NCBI GenBank assembly: GCA_950097015.1
Contig: CATNEN010000005.1
Coordinates: 3,596,001-3,660,000, forward strand
DNA from: Macrostomum hystrix
Lineage: Eukaryota > Animalia > Platyhelminthes
Length of the DNA stretch: 64,000 nt
Direction of reading: 5' to 3'
Part shown: piece after piece, positions 1 to 11,726 of the stretch
Layout of the letters: each line of letters starts with the position of its first letter
Numbering within the stretch: the stretch's first letter is position 1
Position numbers and translations under genes: made by a program
The notes under the pieces: model-generated
Seen by the model: the letters and a program-made list of their open reading frames with translations, nothing else
What the model was told of the DNA's origin: nothing
The model's database searches: none

Positions 1-139
1 ATTTGTACGAGATTTTGTAAAAACAAAGAATGCCAGTGCTAGATCATCACCAAAGGCTAGAAAGCTATCACGATTTCACCTGTTCGGTAAGATTAACAAT
101 CATTTTTCTTTTTTTTTATTATACATTCTATACTTAATA

Positions 140-245
140 GGGCTGTAGCCTCTAGTGTATAGAGCGTCGGACTCACGACTTGGAGGTCGGGTGTTCGATT
201 CCAAATCTTACTGGAGCAAAATTTGTGTCCTTTAGCAAGATATTA
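140..245 (+). mobile_element. tRNA-derived SINE head / tRNA pseudogene
   Basis: GGGCTGTAGCCTCTAGTGTATAGAGCGTCGGACTCACGACTTGGAGGTCGGGTGTTCGATTCC has an A-box-like (TAGCCTCTAGTG) and a B-box (GTTCGATTCC, 193-202) at tRNA spacing, but the acceptor and anticodon stems pair poorly. It is followed by TTGTGTCCTTTAGCAAGA, reminiscent of SINE central domains. Confidence 0.55.
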
Positions 246-328
246 TGTTTCTAAATAACTTTTGTGATTTTAACAAACGGCAATTGCTAATTGAACTAAT
301 TATTACATTGATATGTCAACTTTCGTAG

Positions 329-403
329 GATCGTCGTCAAGACCTTCAACCGACTATGGCAGTTGCAGCAGCCGCCGATGCAACAACGCCCTCGCCGACG
401 CAT

Positions 404-434
<31 letters not shown>

Positions 435-523
435 CAGAATTTCAGCCTCCGTATTTTCCTCCACCGTATGCGCCAGTGCATCATCATTATCAGCAACATC
501 AGCATATGCCAGCTAGTCATCAG
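329..523 (+). CDS. TFAP2: AP-2 transcription factor, exon (PY-motif exon)
   Basis: Acceptor tttcgtAG at 327-328, then DRRQD...MAVAAAA...QQQ SEFQPPYFPPPY (AP-2 PY motif). Donor CAG|gtgagt at 524, phase 0. DRRQD resembles the DRHD that starts vertebrate TFAP2 exon 2, so the first coding exon is probably upstream. An in-frame ATG at 356 is an alternative start. Confidence 0.85.
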
Positions 524-635
524 GTGAGTCTCTATCCTGTACACGATTATAAATTCAATAGTAGAAACTGTAAAAAAACAATATAATGTTTTTCAACTAA
601 TCCGTTTTCCTAAAAAACTCGCACATTTTTCACAG

Positions 636-959
636 TTTGACTTTCACGATCATTGGCAAACCTTTGCAACAGCTGCAGCGTCTAGCTATCATCATCAGTA
701 TCAGTATCAGCAGCAGCAGCAGCAGCAGCTTGGTGTTAGTGCCTATCACAATCAACTACCTCAGCAGCAGTACCAGCAGCATCAAGCTCTACAAAGTCAG
801 CAGCAGCAGCAGCAGCAGCAGCAGCTTGAGCACCCCACAATGCCCTATTCGGGTCATGTACTACAGGGCATGGAATTCTCGAGGGTCAGTCATCACCAGA
901 GCGCCCTATTAATGAAGCGCTACCATCAGCAATCACCTTTGCATGCGGCCACTTTGAAG
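636..959 (+). CDS. TFAP2: AP-2 transcription factor, Gln/His-rich exon
   Basis: Acceptor ttttcacAG (634-635), 108 open codons (FDFHDHWQ...polyQ...MPYSGH...AATLK), donor AAG|gtagga at 960. Phase 0 at both ends. Confidence 0.75.
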
Positions 960-995
960 GTAGGAAAACTGATTTCTATTCTATTTATTTTTCGA

Positions 996-2293
996 CAGTC
1001 TCAGAATCTCATATCAAACTTCTCATGGCAGTGTCAGAATCTCATATCAAACTTCTCATGGCAGTGTCAGAATCTCATATCAAACTTCTCATGGCAGTCT
1101 CAGAATCTCATATCAAACTTCTCATGGCAGTGTCAGAATCTCATATCAAACTTCTCATGGCAGTGTCAGAATCTCATATCAAACTTCTCATGGCAGTCTC
1201 AGAATCTCATATCAAACTTCTCATGGCAGTGTCAGAATCTCATATCAAACTTCTCATGGCAGTGTCAGAATCTCATATCAAACTTCTCATGGCAGTGTCA
1301 GAATCTCATATCAAACTTCTCATGGCAGTGTCAGAATCTCATATCAAACTTCTCATGGCAGTCTCAGAATCTCATATCAAACTTCTCATGGCAGTCTCAG
1401 AATCTCATATCAAACTTCTCATGGCAGTGTCAGAATCTCATATCAAACTTCTCATGGCAGTGTCAGAATCTCATATCAAACTTCTCATGGCAGTGTCAGA
1501 ATCTCATATCAAACTTCTCATGGCAGTGTCAGAATCTCATATCAAACTTCTCATGGCAGTGTCAGAATCTCATATCAAACTTCTCATGGCAGTGTCAGAA
1601 TCTCATATCAAACTTCTCATGGCAGTGTCAGAATCTCATATCAAACTTCTCATGGCAGTGTCAGAATCTCATATCAAACTTCTCATGGCAGTGTCAGAAT
1701 CTCATATCAAACTTCTCATGGCAGTGTCAGAATCTCATATCAAACTTCTCATGGCAGTCTCAGAATCTCATATCAAACTTCTCATGGCAGTGTCAGAATC
1801 TCATCAAACTTCTCATGGCAGTGTCAGAATCTCATATCAAACTTCTCATGGCAGTGTCAGAATCTCATCAAACTTCTCATGGCAGTGTCAGAATCTCATA
1901 TCAAACTTCTCATGGCAGTGTCAGAATATCATATCAAACTTCTCATGGCAGTCTCAGAATCTCATATCAAACTTCTCATGGCAGTGTCAGAATCTCATAT
2001 CAAACTTCTCATGGCAGTCTCAGAATCTCATATCAAACTTCTCATGGCAGTCTCAGAATCTCATATCAAACTTCTCATGGCAGTCTCAGAATCTCATATC
2101 AAACTTCTCATGGCAGTCTCAGAATCTCATATCAAACTTCTCATGGCAGTGTCAGAATCTCATATCAAACTTCTCATGGCAGTCTCAGAATCTCATATCA
2201 AACTTCTCATGGCAGTGTCAGAATCTCATATCAAACTTCTCATGGCAGTCTCAGAATCTCATATCAAACTTCTCATGGCAGTTTCAGAATCTC
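996..2293 (+). repeat. 33-bp minisatellite (CTCATATCAAACTTCTCATGGCAGTGTCAGAAT), ~39 copies, in TFAP2 intron
   Basis: Directly visible tandem array with GTGTC/GTCTC variants and two units with 2-bp deletions near 1800-1870. Explains ORFs 840..2348, 1025..2404 and 1879..2358. Confidence 0.97.
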
Positions 2294-2894
2294 AGAACTT
2301 CCAAAAATTGCTTATCAAATGTTTCCTATTCGCGAGAATCCCAGATGAAGCTGCATGAGACTTTGATTCCTCTGGATTCCTCAAGGAATCCAGTCTATGA
2401 ATAGCTTTTCCATAGACAGAAAAATACAATAACAGTCACAGGTGGCTTTTACACGCCTTTCTGAGGGTCTTAAGTTCTTATATTGCGGGATTTTTGAAGG
2501 CAGTTGTATAATTAGCCAATTTCGTGTTATGTTAAGGCCGTTGGGCCGTCTAACAGATCCCTAAAGTCGACAGATGTTAGTGACAGGCGATAAAATCCCC
2601 AAAGAAGTTAATACCCATCAGAATGACTTCGGCCATAATTGGGAATGAGTGAAAGTGGAGAGTAGTGGGCAAAGAATGCATTCTTGGGAATTTAAAATGG
2701 TACACACGCTATACACAGTGACTTTAATTGCTACTGAGATTGTGTTACATGCCTTGGTCAGTTAAAGAAAGTGAAACAGTCGTTTGTAACAATAGATGTT
2801 TGGTCTTTAACTGGTAATTTTCTATTTTTGAGTCAATTTAAAACTGAAACTAGAGATTCTCATTTGATTCTATTGATTTGCCTTCCGTACGATA

Positions 2895-3625
2895 TACTAT
2901 ATACTCTACTCAAGTTCTACTCAAAATATACTTAGAAAACTCTACATAAGCTCATCTAAAAGTTTAATTCAAGATTTACTCAAGCTCTACTCAAACTTTA
3001 ATAAATCTGTACTCAAACTATACTAAAGCTTTGCTCAACCTCTACTCAAACTCTACTCAAACTCTACTCAAGCTCTACTCAAACTCTACTCAAGCTCTAC
3101 TCAAGCTCTACTCAAACTCTACTCAAGCTCTACTCAAGCTCTACTCAAACTCTACTCGAACTCTACTCAAGCTCTACTCAAGCTCTACTCAAGCTCTACT
3201 CAAACTCTATTCAAGCTCTACTCAAACTCTACTCAAGCTCTACTCAAACTCTACTCAAACTCTACTCAAACTCTACTCAAGCTCTACTCAAGCTCTACTC
3301 AAACTCTAGTCAAGCTCTACTCAAGCTCTACTCAAGCTCTACTCAAACTCTATTCAAGCTCTACTCAAACTCTACTCAAACTCTACTCAAGCTCTACTCA
3401 AGCTCTACTCAAACTCTAGTCAAGCTCTACTCAAGCTCTACTCAAGCTCTACTCAAACTCTATTCAAGCTCTACTCAAACTCTACTCAAGCTCAACTTGA
3501 ACTCTACATAAGCCGTACTCAAACTCTACTAATTCTCTCTTCAAGCTCTAATCAAATTGTGCTCTACTGTATTTCTACTTTATCTCTACTCAAGCTCCAC
3601 TCTAACCCTACTCAAATTTATTGAA
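2895..3625 (+). repeat. 11-bp minisatellite (CTCTACTCAAG/A), homogeneous core ~3030-3500, decayed flanks
   Basis: Directly visible tandem array. Explains ORF 3031..3309. Confidence 0.95.
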
Positions 3626-3694
3626 CTGCCCTACAATTACAACCTATATCTGCAATACTCCTAAAAGCAGAATTTCTACAATTCCAAATTTCAG

Positions 3695-3752
3695 ACCGAA
3701 TCGGCAATGGAAGAAGAATCAGGATACGATTCGCCAGTTCTGATGCACAAAG
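3695..3752 (+). CDS. TFAP2: AP-2 transcription factor, short exon
   Basis: Acceptor aaatttcAG (3693-94), TESAMEEESGYDSPVLMHK, donor G|gtaatt at 3753 (phase 1). The phase matches both neighbours, and the end resembles the ...VIKKG| exon end of vertebrate AP-2. Confidence 0.7.
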
Positions 3753-5123
3753 GTAATTTCAAAGTTAATTGTATTTTTTCGCGGGAATATAAAGAATCGA
3801 ATATTTGGGAGTTGATTAATTGCAATATAGAAGAGCAAAGAGACTGGGTTGCCATCGCTGTTGCAAGTATCCCATTAAAGTTTTGTAAGCAGGTATAACA
3901 AAAGGTGTCATTGTTATATAAATATGGCGGAAGTTTTTCAGCCAGTCTGGTGGTGTCAATTAAGAATTTAGTTCAACTCAAACACTCAAAAGATAGCTCA
4001 AAGATTCAGTGTGAATTGGCGATCCCAAACACGGTGGACGAGTAGACGAGTAGCTTCTCATTTATTTCTCACTCCTCCTCCTCTTCCATAGTTATACGCA
4101 CTAGCATAGACCGTTGTATATTCCCGTTGTTTTGTTCCCCAAACCTACCTTCTTATAGTGGAGTTGTTTGCCCCGCGGCAAAGACTATAGACAACTGACG
4201 ATGAAGAAAGGTAGAACCTAGAAGGGGTTCTCTCGAGTCTACTCAGCGAGCTGGGCAGGGAAGTTGCTGTAAGAGGCCTATGCGATCTCTGCTTCCCCGT
4301 TGCGTCCGTATAAGGGAGTTGGGGAGGAGAGAACGAGGAAAAACTGCCCCAGGGCTTGTGAGCTCTCCCACTAACTAGTTTGCCGTTGAGTTGTTCTCTC
4401 TCTGCACAGTCCACACTCCGGGTGTTTTCCAAATTGTGAGCATAGAGATTCGATCATGAGTTTTGTGAGTGAATTCGACCCTTAATCATTTCTTTTTGTT
4501 CCGATAGCTATAAGGATTAGGCGTGTGGGTGAGTGAGTGTGATAACCATGGCGAAATTCTATTTCCATAAGCTGATAGGATCAGGATCTTGTTATAAACA
4601 TAGGGATTTGATCCTCCCTATCATCTCAAGAGTCAAGATGATAGTGAGAATCTAATCTAGTTGTCTTAGATTAACAGTACCAGAAGTCAGCATTGAATAC
4701 ATTATGGTTGTCTGTTATTAAGGTCAACGGAACAAAACCTAAAATTTAACCCGACGAAACTTAAACTCGAGACATAGGATTTAAATAGGAATAACTAAAA
4801 CTGAAAAGGTGTAAGAAATTGGATTAACGAATTGGATGAGATGACAAAGGAGGATTAACGGAACTTTTAATGGGATAATAAGAGAGGGTGGGATAATAAC
4901 AAGGGATTAGCTAAAATTGATGGGATAATAAAATATTAAAATAAATTAGATGGGATAAAATGGAGGATTATCGGGAATTTAAACGGGATAATAAGAGTGG
5001 ATTTCTTGAAATTTCTTGGGATAAAAAAGAGCATTAACTGAAATTTAAATAGGACAGACGATGTCCAAAAGTCCAGGAAGGTGTGTTAAGCTTAGCTAAT
5101 TAAAACAGAACTTGTGTCTCCAG

Positions 5124-5528
5124 GCAAGTCCAAGGAGTGCGCCTCTGCAAAGTACATTGACGTCGCCACGTTAGCGGCGGCGGCTGCGGCGGCTGCGGCA
5201 GCGGCGGCGGCCAACAATACGGCCACAACAGATCTGAGCTCGGAGCAGGAAATGTCAACCGAAGCGTCCGGCATCTTCTGCACGGTGCCCGGCCGTTTAA
5301 GTCTATTGTCGTCCATCTCTAAGTACAAGGTGAGCGTTGCCGAGCTGCACAGACGCCTTGGCGCGCCCGAGTGTCTGAACGCGTCGCTGCTTGGCGGTCT
5401 TCTTCGACGGGCCAAGAGCAAAGACGGCGGTAGATCACTGCGCAGAGATCTAGACGACATCGGCCTGTGTCTGCCCGCTGGTCGGCGCAAAACTGCTCCT
5501 GTGACCCTGTTCACGGCGCTAGTTGAAG
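5124..5528 (+). CDS. TFAP2: AP-2 transcription factor, basic DNA-binding domain exon
   Basis: [56 protein letters not shown]...LPAGRRK...TLFTALVE is the AP-2 signature. Phase-1 acceptor at 5122-23 (alternative at 5107-08 giving start 5109). Donor G|gtgagc at 5529. Confidence 0.97.
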
Positions 5529-5779
5529 GTGAGCTTTGTGAGGCAGAAACCGGTGTTAGACCAGTGATGATTTTTCCGGGTCAGGGTATCGGGTTCAGAA
5601 CATAAGCATACAGAAAGTAAATTGACTTGATCACTCGAACAGAGAAAAGTAGAAAACAGAAAGCTTTAGTTTCCGAGTTTCCGATAGTTAATGTTTCGGT
5701 AGGCACCCGAAGTCTAACACAACCTTAAACACTTATAAACCTTTAAAATAAAATGAAAATTCCGATTACAAAATTTCAG

Positions 5780-6011
5780 AGGAATCAGTTCGTCTAGCAA
5801 AAGATTTCAGCCAACTGTGCGAAACGGAATTCCCAGTGCGAGCGTGCGCCACTGCTCTGATGAATTCTCCCAATTCAGCAAACGACAGGCAGTGTCTGGC
5901 GCCGTCCGATGCAGCTATCGTAGCAGCGGACGAGCAGCGACGCGCTAGTCGGCAACAGCGCTCACAAAGGCTTGGTCGTGAACGCCGCGTTGAAGCGATT
6001 CGAGCAGCTAG
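5780..6011 (+). CDS. TFAP2: AP-2 transcription factor, helix-span-helix exon
   Basis: Acceptor atttcAG (5778-79), EESVRLAKDFSQLCETEFP (cf. EAVHLARDFGYVCETEFP), donor AG|gtgagc at 6012 (phase 2). Confidence 0.92.
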
Positions 6012-6131
6012 GTGAGCCTATTTTTAGAAACAAATGGATAAGCATAAAAAGTCTACTGGGGGATTCTCGATCAAGGTCAATTCTATTTTTAGAACCAATC
6101 AAACGCCCTCTTAAAATTTTCTATCACACAG

Positions 6132-6465
6132 AGGCATCGTGGAAGAAGTGACGGACCTATTGCACAAGGATCGTTCGCCTCTGTGCAACATCAACCCACC
6201 GCCGCTGCTAGACCAGGAAACCCAGCGTCAGCTGACAGGTTTCAGCTTGTTGACACACGGATTCGGCACGCCTGCATTGGCCAGCGCGTTTGTTGTTCTT
6301 CAACGCATCCTGGGCGAGATGGAGCGACAGTTGCAGGCAGCCCCGGGTGCTGCACAAAACGGCGACTCCCTGATTGCAGACTTTGACTCCGAGGTCAGAT
6401 CTTCGGCGACGATCAACGAGTCGGCGGTTCATTGGCGGGGATCCGAAGCCAAAGAGAATCTCTGA
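6132..6465 (+). CDS. TFAP2: AP-2 transcription factor, last exon
   Basis: Phase-2 acceptor cacAG (6130-31), EEVTDLLHKDRSPL...QLTGFSLLTHGFGTPALASA (AP-2 C-terminal signature), stop TGA 6463-65. AATAAA at 6794-6803. Confidence 0.95.
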
Positions 6466-7531
6466 CTGGATGATTAACCCAACTGCTGCCTGATTGACAA
6501 GTTTTGACAGTTTAAGTTTTGTCTTTTAGTTGTTCAAGGCAAAAAAATCAGTTGTTTTGTTTCCTGCACATGTATAAAGTTCGCTATGTAGATTGTTTTC
6601 GAATTACGATAAGTACTTTTGCGTGTACTTATTGTTTTCGAATTATTATTTTTCTATGGAACAGATTTGCTCAATTGCTGCAGTTACTGTCTATTTTGTC
6701 TAGTTAAGTCTATTTTGCTACTAATTTAAAATGCGCTGATATATTTCGTCTAACTTGAACCTTAGTAAATCGTGTAAATAGTTTCGAAATGCTAATAAAT
6801 AAAGCCACAAAAAGCAAAAAATCTAAATTTTAAACACGTGACTTTTAAATATTATTTTTTTTAGCACGACGTTCTGAAACCTGCCACTTCATCAGCACTT
6901 GTTGACTATTCTGTAAATCGGATAGATACGAAGGCACTCTGACCCTCACACACAAAACGAAAAAAACAAACACTAGATAATAAATTCCTCAAAGAGAATT
7001 TTAAAATCCAAAACAGAGTAGGTCAAGTGCGTTTTTATTTTGCAAAGGCAAATTTTTTTAATGTTGTACAGAAAATCGAAAACACCATCACCGAATAACA
7101 GCAAAATGGTATTTTTTACCAGCGTGTAAATTATCAAATTCGTCGAAGCTGTAGAGTGCAATCTGACAAGACCGCTTGCATGAACCAACTACGAAAATAA
7201 TGATGAGCGAATTAATGTAGCTAGGTAAAATATTAAATAAGTATTTCAAAAAAGTAGATGATAGTGAAAAACAGTAGTGGAATCCTAACAACACTACTAA
7301 CTAAAATAAGTAAGTAGTAAAAAGCGTACAAATATTTTAAAGTGTAAACTGTAAATAAAAAATGACTGAAGATAAGGAGTAAAATTATATATAGAAAATC
7401 GGTGAGAATTAACACGTAGAAGCTTAATTGTGATATTTATTTCATAAAAAGTCAACTTTAACCAATTAAATGTCAAATTAAAAAAAGCAAGAAAGAAATA
7501 ACAGTACAAAATCAAAGCTGTCAATCATTGC

Positions 7532-7780
7532 TCAAACATAGATACCGACCCATAGGCAGAGGAATAAAACACCAAAGCCAAGGAAACCAGAAGCAACCAG
7601 AGACACCAAAGTCTCTTTGCGAATGTCCCTTGTGAATCGATTGGCTGTGACTTCGTAAACAAAGAACCAGGCAGCAAAGAAGATACCAATGCCCATTAGG
7701 ACAATTGTAAGGTGTGGAAACACTGCCGGATTTATTGGAGACACATAGCGCTGCATTGAGTCCAGGGGGATCTGGTGCAT
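7532..7780 (-). CDS. TMEM258: Transmembrane protein 258 (OST complex subunit, UPF0197)
   Basis: [35 protein letters not shown]...[32 protein letters not shown] is recognisably TMEM258, with two TM helices. The 5' end may be spliced (pyrimidine tract + CAG ending at 7772). Confidence 0.95.
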   Translation of the reverse strand: MHQIPLDSMQRYVSPINPAVFPHLTIVLMGIGIFFAAWFFVYEVTANRFTRDIRKETLVSLVASGFLGFGVLFLCLWVGIYV

Positions 7781-10346
7781 AAAATGAGAAATATGAGCAG
7801 GGTTACAGTGGCAAAATTATTAAGTTTTTATGTGAATATTATTTAGATAACTCCCACAAAAATTATTTAGATAATTAGTATTAATTTAACTGAAAAATTA
7901 ATTGTTAAGCCAATCTATTTTCAGTGACATTTTTGTTAAAAGATGGTAGATAGGTCATTGACATTAATTTTAGATTATTTTTATTTTATTTATCTCAGGT
8001 TTTATTGATCTAGCTAGTACATTAGATCTAATTTAGGCATTTTTCCTATGGTGATGTACTTTTAGAACAAATAGTAACAACAGTCATTTTTACAATTACC
8101 ATAATTTTTTAGTTCTCATTTCTTTTATAGTGGTAGCTTTTGATCAATTCAAAAAAAGAAAAAATTAAGTAAATAAAAAAAATCTAGAAAATATGCTTCA
8201 TATTATGTTTAACATATTTAAATTTCTTTATCAAAAAGCTATATATTATAAATCTATAATATATGCAAAATCAAAGCATATGGATTTTGAAGGACATGGC
8301 TATAGGTGGATAACCTATTTAGTCATCAGCTTTGAGCTTCATAATATACCTGAGCATTCAGTATTAGAAGTCAGCAATATCAACAAAAAAGTTATTAGAA
8401 CGACAAATTAGAATGAAAAGCAAAAGGACGATATTGCGGCATATAGGCCTATAGTATACATTATATACTAAAAGCTAAAAGCCAAGCATTTTAAATAAAC
8501 AACTAATTGTACAATGAAATAACAGCGTAATTACTGTAACGAAATAGAATTGCCTCAACAATGATACGGTAGGGCAACTGCTTAGTGTCATTTTAACAAT
8601 GCACTGGAGTTATCAGAATTTTTACACTACCACTAACGAAACTGTCGGGTAGGAAATAAAAAAGGAATAGGAGTGCCAAATTTACATGTTAATATAAAAA
8701 CGTTACCTCGCCTTTAAAACTCATTTTGTCGTTCTTAAAATCAGCAATCAGTCTTGACCGGATCGAAAAGTTTGAGCTGATGACTACGACGTAGTAATAT
8801 GTAAGAAAAATCTAGAAGTCGTTTTTTCGCGAAAGTTTCTTTTTGAAATCATAAAAGTGACACCCACAAAAGAAAAACTTACCAAGGAAACGAAGCAATA
8901 CATTTTTGTACAAGATATGTTGCTTATATATAAATGCGGTAAAAGCCTTTCCTGGTTTCAGAATACTAACGATATTTAGAATAAATATTTGTTTTACCCT
9001 ATATAAAGCTAATAATTCTGAATGCGTTATTTTTTATTCTGACGGGATTATAATACAAATATAAATTCTAAGTCATTGCCTTAATTAATTATAGCGTTAA
9101 AAGACAATCGCAAACTTCAGATAACTTTTAATACAACTGCAAGCTCGTTTTTAACATCCCAAAAATATAAGTGGCGCATGGCGCATATAGTGCAGCAATT
9201 GCTAATTGTTACAAGTTTATCGTACGCAAACAAATTGATCATGTTGTCCTTTAATTAAACAACGAGAAAATGTATGAAAAGCTGAGTTTTAAGATTTGAT
9301 TATCTGCATGGTCAAAAAAATCATATTTACTGTTTACAATCTGCCAGCGAGAGACAAAAAGGCACCACAAAAAGCTTTTTGTAACTAATTAAAGGATGTC
9401 GTAGGCGTGTACATTTAAGGTATTGTGTACAGCCATGCGAACACAGTAATATAGTTTTTTTTCTAATTGATGTGGCACTCAAAACACACTTAATAACCTA
9501 CTTTAGGGTTTGTTTCTCATCAGATGTCCACAACCTTATCTTTCTTTCTATATGGATCATAATTATAGGCTTATACTTTTTTTGCTTTTTGGAGCAGTTT
9601 TTCCTAGCGTTTCCGCCACTATAATATCAGCGAGTCTAAAGTTTGCAAATCAGTAGATATCAGTGGATCAACGCATTGCGGAAGCAACGAAGCTTTTTCG
9701 AAATAAGTTTTCGGATCTCTTCAGCTATTATATATGGTCAGGACCGGCGGTATCTTATCGACTGTCGCTATCAACAGCTGGAGTTATTTGCACTATTTTC
9801 TAGCTCGAAGATCGCATGACTGCTGACTGCCGCTAATTCTGCTGCTGTTTAAGCTTCACTTCACCGACACATCTGGATGGGTGGATGAAGGGAAAAATTT
9901 CATATCACCCAAGCACCGGCGGGACCCATGCGACAAGATTTCCAGGCTTCATTTAATGCAAGGAATTGCTCACTATATTTTTTACCTCACATTTTTTCAC
10001 TACCCGATCGGAACCGTGCGAAATGTGATTGACAAAAAATAATGATATCATTTTCATGATTGTATTAGACATGCAACTAAAGCTAACTTTTCCAGATTTT
10101 AATTAAAGAAAAGAAAACTAAAGTATTTCTATTTCTAGCCAGTAAAGTTTAATAAGCAACTTAATAGTCACGTTTGCACGTTTCAAAGAACGAAGATTTT
10201 TTGGGGGTTTATTACCGACTTTCGATGGCTGCCCTAATGGATTTTGGTGCCTGCCATCATGGATTTGCATAGCTACGCTCATGGATTTTGATGGCTGCCC
10301 TCATGGATTTGGATTTAAAATTTACGAGCTGCACGCGAATACTACG

Positions 10347-10348
<2 letters not shown>

Positions 10349-10382
<34 letters not shown>

Positions 10383-10739
10383 TTAATAATTGCAGGAGAC
10401 CTGCGGGCAATGGCACATAATTTGGTGACACTATAGACCCGCAGCCAGCGAGGAGGCAATTCTGCACATTTCGCTGACTCCTGAGCACACACGCACACAG
10501 ATACCGTACACAGGCATACGCTCACACAGGTGTGTACATCTGGCCTGACTTTTTCATCGTCAGGCAGTGTACATTTAACTGTGCCTTGGAGGTTGGCCCT
10601 CGAGGGCGTAAATTGCACGACAAACCCCCAAGCCTTCTCTCCGCGGCTGCGCCCCAAATAAATGTAGCCTCGCCGTGGAATCGAACTTAGGGACCGTGGT
10701 GCGAGAGGCAAACGCGTTAACCGCTCTGCCACCGACCCC
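10349..10739 (-). mobile_element. tRNA-derived SINE, full length with (ATT)n tail and probable TSD
   Basis: The minus strand starts GGGGTCGGTGGCAGAGCGGTTAACGCG...GTTCGATTCC (A/B boxes), is colinear with the copy at 29231, and ends in a TAA/ATT microsatellite. TACGAT flanks both ends (10343-48 and 10740-45). Confidence 0.85.
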
Positions 10740-11726
10740 TACGATTTACTACTATAAAAATAGTTAAACGGATGAAGATTTAAACAAAACTAAGGCTTTT
10801 TTGTTTTCATTTTACAACATGAAGTTGAACGAAGTTCTGTGAATTTGTATATCTACATTTTCTATGTGTAAAATTGTGCAACTTGTTCTCTATAGATTGC
10901 TCCTATTATTTTCATAATAGTTATAATTTGCATAGTGCATTGAGGTGTTTTTATAAAATAGGCGACATATCATAAGTATACAAATTGTGTTGCATATAAC
11001 TTTGCATTGGAACAGTTGCAGCAAATACATGTACACTCGACTCGACACTACGAAAGTGTGTTTAACCGTTCGTTTAAATTTAATAAAGTTCGACATGGGG
11101 CTAATGGTTGCAAGAACTGAAAAATGTGACTTTTTATCAGAATAAAATCCTAAACACAAATATTTAAAATGCATTCACAATACTCGAACTGAATAATATA
11201 CGTGATATAAAGTTGCTTGAATTTATTCAAGGTAAAAAACGACACAGCTGCCACAAGGACAAAGACCCACAAAATATAATATAATAAAATACGCACTACT
11301 AAATACTAATAAAGAGTGTATAGTAGCCATTGAACGATAATTAGTGACAGAATGACAGTTACACGCAAAAAGGACTGGAGCTGTTTATATAATCAGATAA
11401 TCATGCTTTGACGTCGAAATCGATAAAAAAATCCAAAATTAAAATTTTGAAGTTTAAAAAAAACTTTTTTTTCGAAGGATAGAAGGACCGATTTTTCATG
11501 AAAATCAACATTCGTCGCTATTTACGGTGATCTAACCTTCAAATCCGTCCGATCCCCATCAGCATCGTCAATATATTCAGCGATAGTTGTCAAGGACCTT
11601 GTGATAAGGACTAAAATGGCTCTTTAAAAGCTTCTAAGACGAATAAATATTGGTTAAATGATATAGAAGTTAATTTTATAATCAATGCAATATAATTAAC
11701 AAAATATCGTCAACAATATAATAGCC

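Noticed and set aside
140-212. Functional tRNA gene (CAC anticodon)
   Set aside because: The acceptor and anticodon stems do not pair properly and there is no clear T-run terminator. Better explained as a SINE head or pseudogene. tRNAscan-SE would be decisive.
9600-9960. GC-richer stretch as an exon
   Set aside because: Short open frames only, no recognisable protein motif, and no convincing splice pair by eye.
10322-10732. 136-aa minus ORF and 121-aa ORF at 29217..29582 as related proteins
   Set aside because: Both lie within copies of the same SINE. The similarity is nucleotide-level, and the poly-Ile comes from the (ATT)n tail.
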